Assembly (NCBI GenBank): GCA_043803945.1
Contig: JAZDJN010000100.1
Location: forward strand, 1 to 22,098
DNA from: a bacterium
GTDB taxonomy: Bacteria > Bacteroidota > Ignavibacteria > UBA10030
Direction: 5' to 3'
Length of the DNA: 22,098 nucleotides
Numbering within the stretch: the stretch's first letter is position 1; each line of letters opens with the position of its first letter. The notes beneath the pieces were generated by a model. That model did not search any database. It saw only the letters and a program-made list of their open reading frames with translations, and was not told where the DNA came from. This document shows, in pieces, positions 17,721-22,098 of this stretch. A program made the translations under genes and the position numbers.

Positions 17721-20498
17721 TCATCTCATGAGGATCATTTTCTGTGTGGAGTGATAACCATTCGCTTCAAATCGATAGAAATAGACTCCTGAGGCAGCAC
17801 TGATGCCATTGTTCGCCTTACCGTTCCAACTCACAGAATACCTGCCGGCTTCCTGCAGCTCATTAATCAGGGTGGCCACTTCCCGCCCCAGCATATCGAA
17901 AACTCGTATATTTACCATGCCTGAGGTCGGTATGCTATAGATAATTTTTGTGGAAGGATTAAACGGATTGGGATAGTTTTGTGAGAGTTCATACACCAGT
18001 GGAATTCCTTCCACCTGTTCAACAGCGACAAGCCCGGTAACGGCGGCAATCACGGGACGCAGACGGAGATTGGCCATATTCGCTGGCAAAGCTAAACTGG
18101 AGGCGGGGTCACTGAAGTTTATCCAATTGTTGGATGTAAAAATCGACGAGCGATTTGTGACAGCAAGCCCAGCGTCAGTACGAAGGATGAGCCTGTCGCC
18201 CGAAGTAGGAGTTGATACAACAATGTGATAGTCCGTATTTGCGACAACGTTAACATTTGTTCCTGTCAGATCAATATAATTGTTTACACCGGCACTCAGT
18301 TTGGCAAAGGGATGATTAACTGTGGAACCAAGTTTGCTGTTTGGTATTCCGGCAACACTGCCGGGTTTATTCGAGTACACTTCACATGCCAAAGGTCCTG
18401 TTCCTAAGATCGGAGTAATGTTTTGAGTAGTAATGTTGAGATACAACCCAACAAGGGATCCTGATGTTGCTGGTGTGAAACGAACAGCGAATTTCTTGCT
18501 GTTATCGAGAGTGGTAGTGCTGTTCGTTCCATCGACTTCATAAGCCAGAATTGTGCGGCCGGCAACTGCATTCGCATTAATCGCCCTGACCATAGCTTTA
18601 AAGACATCCATCTTCCCATAACCCCAAATCGGATTTGGTGTTGCTCCAGTGAAGTTGTCGGTATTAACTGTCGAGATTAAGAGAGATTTAATCTGGGCTG
18701 CCGTCAGTGCAGGTTTTGCCCCCAACAATAAAGCTGCCGCACCTGCGACATGAGGCGAAGCCATACTCGTACCCTGAGAAAGGTAGTGTTTTTGATCTGG
18801 ATACAGTGTCGTTGGAATGCCGGATGTATCAACTGATGATGATAGTGCCGATGCAATGCCCTGACCAGGAGCAGCAATGTCGGGTTTCTGCCTCCCATCG
18901 CGTGTGGGCCCGATGGAACTGCTCGACGCAATATTTGAAGTTCGATTTGTAGTTGTGGAATATGTTCGGCCGCCCCACGCGAACGTAGGCCACGACCATT
19001 TTGTGACATAATTCGCGACTGTAATTGCACCCTCAGATGTTCCCGGCATGCCGATCGTAAGATTGGTATTACCTCCGGCAACCGATACGCTTTGGGTTCC
19101 CACCACATCCTTCACAAGCCAGCCATCGTACTTCTGTAATGAGCTCGAGTTGTTTGTGACAGTAATTTTCCATGTGCCGCTCTTGGGAACATTTGAATTA
19201 TTCTCACTCACGATAACCTGTAAGTAACGTCTGCCACTAAAAGAATAGATCCGATTGTTAAGGGTCATAGTCCCATCAGTAGTGGAAGGTGCAGTACCCG
19301 ATTGGTCTGCGAGTCGCGTATAGCTAATTCCGGAAGGTGAAGTCAAGCTCACAGAGACATTAATGTTATTATCGAAACAAACCTCCAACCAGAAGGAATC
19401 ATTGTCCAATCCAGAGGTCGGTGTATAGGAGGGAACATTTACATCGAATGTTGTGGATCCTGCTGCAGGAATCGTACCTCCAATGTGAATAGGGTTATCG
19501 CCATCATTACCGGCGGAAATAGCCACGACTCTTCCGGGAGTCTGGACAAATGTATTGACAGCTTGCTCATAGTCTCTTGTACCATCGTGAGGGCCTGAGT
19601 GACCGCCGATGCTCCAATTCAACACAACCGGTTTCCCCAACTGTTGAGACTTCTGGCGTGCATAATCCAGGCCGTCGATCATTCTCGATTCGCTAAATGA
19701 ACCATCTCCGCCTTTGACAGCAATAATATCCGCTTCGGGTGCGACACCTGTAAAATTTCCTTTTGCAGCCAAACCATTACTAACCGCAATCCCCGCAACA
19801 TGGGTACCGTGACCGTTCGTGTCTTTTTCCCGAACGAATCCTGTCGGAGTTCCGTCCAATTCATTTTCTATCTGCTGCTGTGTATATTCAACACCATAGG
19901 AAAATGGGGATGGGCTGTTTTCATTTCCCGTGGGAGAGATCGTCTGATCCCAGATGAACAGAATTCTTGATTTAGTAGTGTCAAGGGGATTACGAAAATC
20001 GAGATGCCTCCAGTCAATTCCGCTGTCATAGATTACAACAATGACACCCTTACCCTTGTAGGGTGTCTTGTTTACAAATCCGGAGTGCAATAAGGCGACC
20101 CCGATTTCCGGAACACTAAGGTCCAGTTGAGGATAATTGATCGAACCGGGATCGATTGAGGAGACATTCTGCTGCTTCACCGCGCCACGCATCTGATCTG
20201 CAGTCAGCCTGGCAGTAACGAATGTATTCCATACAGAACCGATCTGCACTCCGAGTATTCTCAGGGCATCTGGTTGCGTTGTGTGAATGATTGCCTCATA
20301 GAGCGGGATTCCGGTTTGGGTGGTACCAGTTTGGATTACCATCTTATCAAGATGCATCGATTCGATTCCATTTTCTTCCAGAAGCATTTGAAAAGATGGG
20401 TGGAGCTTCAATCGTTCAACCTCTTTCAATTGCTGTGAAGATAGAATTGAAGCAGCCGCGAGAATAAGGAAGAGACTATATCGAATGCGAGTCAGCAT
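17721..20498 (-). CDS. S8 (subtilisin-family, Csp-like) serine protease with propeptide, inserted beta-domain and T9SS type A C-terminal sorting domain
   Basis: 925 aa with signal peptide. Triad YDSGID, GHGTHVAG, GTSMASPHVAG; oxyanion SAGNDG; long beta-rich insertion between the oxyanion Asn and catalytic Ser. CTD ELSQNYPNPFNPST...DMLGREVATL...SGVYFYR...KMILMR. Confidence 0.94.
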   Translation of the reverse strand: MLTRIRYSLFLILAAASILSSQQLKEVERLKLHPSFQMLLEENGIESMHLDKMVIQTGTTQTGIPLYEAIIHTTQPDALRILGVQIGSVWNTFVTARLTADQMRGAVKQQNVSSIDPGSINYPQLDLSVPEIGVALLHSGFVNKTPYKGKGVIVVIYDSGIDWRHLDFRNPLDTTKSRILFIWDQTISPTGNENSPSPFSYGVEYTQQQIENELDGTPTGFVREKDTNGHGTHVAGIAVSNGLAAKGNFTGVAPEADIIAVKGGDGSFSESRMIDGLDYARQKSQQLGKPVVLNWSIGGHSGPHDGTRDYEQAVNTFVQTPGRVVAISAGNDGDNPIHIGGTIPAAGSTTFDVNVPSYTPTSGLDNDSFWLEVCFDNNINVSVSLTSPSGISYTRLADQSGTAPSTTDGTMTLNNRIYSFSGRRYLQVIVSENNSNVPKSGTWKITVTNNSSSLQKYDGWLVKDVVGTQSVSVAGGNTNLTIGMPGTSEGAITVANYVTKWSWPTFAWGGRTYSTTTNRTSNIASSSSIGPTRDGRQKPDIAAPGQGIASALSSSVDTSGIPTTLYPDQKHYLSQGTSMASPHVAGAAALLLGAKPALTAAQIKSLLISTVNTDNFTGATPNPIWGYGKMDVFKAMVRAINANAVAGRTILAYEVDGTNSTTTLDNSKKFAVRFTPATSGSLVGLYLNITTQNITPILGTGPLACEVYSNKPGSVAGIPNSKLGSTVNHPFAKLSAGVNNYIDLTGTNVNVVANTDYHIVVSTPTSGDRLILRTDAGLAVTNRSSIFTSNNWINFSDPASSLALPANMANLRLRPVIAAVTGLVAVEQVEGIPLVYELSQNYPNPFNPSTKIIYSIPTSGMVNIRVFDMLGREVATLINELQEAGRYSVSWNGKANNGISAASGVYFYRFEANGYHSTQKMILMR

Positions 20499-20525
20499 GA
20501 GAGAATCCTTAAGGGATGAGATATG

Positions 20526-20912
20526 CTAATGAATAATATTTTTTGAACTATTCTGAATCGAGCGCACAACGATAGAACCGGCAACCTTTTTCAACTCCGC
20601 TAATGAGAGTCGGGCTGTTATAATCTCTCCGAAGACACTCCCAGGTTGAATTCCAAGCTTCTTTAATTCTTCTACATTATTCGTCCTGATAATGACTCCC
20701 ACTTCGACCCTTCCATCAGACCGGGTTGAAACATCATATTCAGATTCATTGGCAAGCCCTGTCGTGAGGAGTTTCGCCAGGAATGGATCGAGTTTAGTTT
20801 GTTCCTCAAGAGTGAGCGTATAGCGTTCCTGTTGAACCGTGGTTGATGTGGATGCGCATCCAGAAAAACAGAGAAACGCTCCAATCGCTGCAATAAAGAA
20901 TAATAATTTCAT
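20526..20912 (-). CDS. Lipoprotein consisting of a stand-alone S8 propeptide-like domain (candidate protease inhibitor/chaperone)
   Basis: Start moved to ATG 20912 (128 aa; MKLLFFIAAIGAFLCFSG-C19 lipobox), which removes the overlap with the upstream gene. Residues 67-128 align ungapped with residues 63-124 of the downstream protease at 20/62 identity. Confidence 0.8.
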   Translation of the reverse strand: MKLLFFIAAIGAFLCFSGCASTSTTVQQERYTLTLEEQTKLDPFLAKLLTTGLANESEYDVSTRSDGRVEVGVIIRTNNVEELKKLGIQPGSVFGEIITARLSLAELKKVAGSIVVRSIQNSSKNIIH

Positions 20913-20967
20913 AGGGTGTGCAGGGAAAAATTGATGTGAGTAGATATAGGCGGTTTCAGTTGTTGAG

Positions 20968-21504
20968 TTATTTTGAAGGTTTCTTTGCTTCGGGATGCTT
21001 CTGCAATTGGATGTATTGCTGGAAGGTCTCATAGTCGGTTGATCGGTGGCAGTGAATTATCTTCCATCGATCACCCTTCCGCTGCACGACAAATGTCGTA
21101 GGAAGGTACTCTTCAAGGAGCACACCATCAATCGTGGAGTTCTGCTGCAGGATAAAGAAAGCATACCCTCCATCTCCAAACGAGCGAACTGTCAGGTTCT
21201 CAATGCGAATGTCGTAATCTGTAATATGCGAGCGTGCGTTTCTGAGCCTGGCTTTTGTGGAATCAAGGGGCTCGGACCATCCCCACGGCGTGATATAATA
21301 AATATCGGGTTCGAAGTAGTACTCCAGCAAACTGTCGGTATTCACGGATTGGCCGGTGTATGCTTTTTTCATTCCGTCGTAGAAGAAGTTCACCAAATCC
21401 GTTATGGCAGATTCTTCCTGCGCAGTGGAACGAATAGGGGGTTCCGTTTTTTTCGCTGTGCATCCAATGATGAAAACACAACAGAGGAGAACTAAGGTTT
21501 TCAT
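20968..21504 (-). CDS. NTF2/SnoaL-like (DUF4440-like) domain lipoprotein
   Basis: 178 aa. Lipobox IIG-C; IENLTVRSFGDGGYAFF and TTFVVQRKGDRWKIIHCHRS typical of NTF2-like folds. GGAGGA upstream. Confidence 0.85.
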   Translation of the reverse strand: MKTLVLLCCVFIIGCTAKKTEPPIRSTAQEESAITDLVNFFYDGMKKAYTGQSVNTDSLLEYYFEPDIYYITPWGWSEPLDSTKARLRNARSHITDYDIRIENLTVRSFGDGGYAFFILQQNSTIDGVLLEEYLPTTFVVQRKGDRWKIIHCHRSTDYETFQQYIQLQKHPEAKKPSK

Positions 21505-21505
21505 A

Positions 21506-21739
21506 CTATCCTCCTATTTGAGACATGGTTCGAGTTGGTCGGACATAGTCCGGGCTATTGATAAGATGATCGCGTTCTTTTTTCCAAACTGCCTTCACAA
21601 TTGTTTCCTGTATTTCAATCTCTGAAGTCTGGCCTTTGAGAAGTTCTCGCAAATCAATCTCCTCCTGAAAAAAGAGGCACGTTCTTAATTTTCCGTCTGC
21701 AGTCATTCTCACTCTGTTGCAATGGGAGCAAAACCTTTG
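21506..21739 (-). pseudogene. moaA: 3' fragment of GTP 3',8-cyclase MoaA (C-terminal Fe-S domain only)
   Basis: FCSHCNRVRMTADGKLRTCLF (CX2CX13C) and terminal MSQIGG are MoaA signatures. The ~30 in-frame residues upstream are not MoaA-like and the ORF opens only at 21829, so the radical-SAM domain is missing. Confidence 0.82.
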
Positions 21740-21968
21740 GAGTTCATCGAGATATTTTACAAGCTTCAATCGTGGATCAATATATCTATAGGCACGTGTA
21801 AAATCAAGATAAGCCCTTCTCACCCTCAATCGACTTTCTGACCCAGGGATGTTTCAAGAAGAGCTGCTTCTTGATTTTCAATCCATATTAGATTATCTTA
21901 TGACCATAGATTTAGATGGTAAGCGTATTCTTGACCCTCGTGGTCATTTTTTTTCATACTAGAGAGCC

Positions 21969-22094
21969 GGTCGAAAAGTCCGCCACGGAGACACAGAGTT
22001 CACTGAGATCAATAAATGTTTGCTATATCCTCAATATTTCAAAAAGACTATCTCTGTGCTCTCTGTGACTCAGTGGCAAAGTCACTTTTCGACC
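21969..22094. mobile_element. MITE/REP-like inverted-repeat element (~126 bp; may extend beyond the window)
   Basis: Outer perfect 11-bp IR GGTCGAAAAGT(21969-21979)/ACTTTTCGACC(22084-22094). Inner 28-bp IR 21982-22009 vs 22050-22077 with 23/28 matches, built of CACAGAG-like units around a 40-bp AT-rich loop. No transposase. Confidence 0.65.
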
Positions 22095-22098
22095 AGAT

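Noticed and set aside
20913-21032. 40-aa N-terminal extension of the propeptide-like lipoprotein
   Set aside because: It overlaps the NTF2 gene and would bury the SPII signal; ATG 20912 is preferred.
1-22098. CRISPR arrays, tRNA/rRNA, transposases, phage or defence genes
   Set aside because: No regularly spaced repeats or characteristic motifs were seen. TatD is treated as a housekeeping nuclease because no defence partners are adjacent.

Overview
Gene-dense bacterial chromosomal window, most consistent with the Ignavibacteria/Bacteroidota-Chlorobi (FCB) group. The basis is a 'SQNYPNPFNPST...' T9SS-type sorting domain, a DUF4835/PorD gene, a TonB receptor with an N-terminal CarboxypepD_reg-like domain, and clear Shine-Dalgarno use. 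Gene order: S9 peptidase; HhH-domain outer-membrane protein and PorV/PorQ-like barrel, divergent from DUF4835 (porD); a minus-strand run of GT-C/TPR glycosyltransferase, lipoprotein, TonB receptor, TatD and HEAT-cyclophilin; Zn-ribbon/Tudor-like protein plus rpsU and a terminator; exported aminopeptidase P; T9SS-cargo S8 protease; a small lipoprotein; an NTF2/SnoaL lipoprotein; a 5'-truncated moaA remnant. Palindromic REP/MITE-like elements lie at both window ends. The main finding is that the 128-aa lipoprotein directly upstream of the S8 protease is a free-standing copy of that protease's own propeptide (20/62 identical, ungapped, hand-aligned). It ends at about the predicted pro/mature junction, making it a candidate membrane-anchored cognate inhibitor or trans-chaperone. 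No rRNA, tRNA, CRISPR array or transposase was seen. All family assignments come from motif recognition, not database searches.
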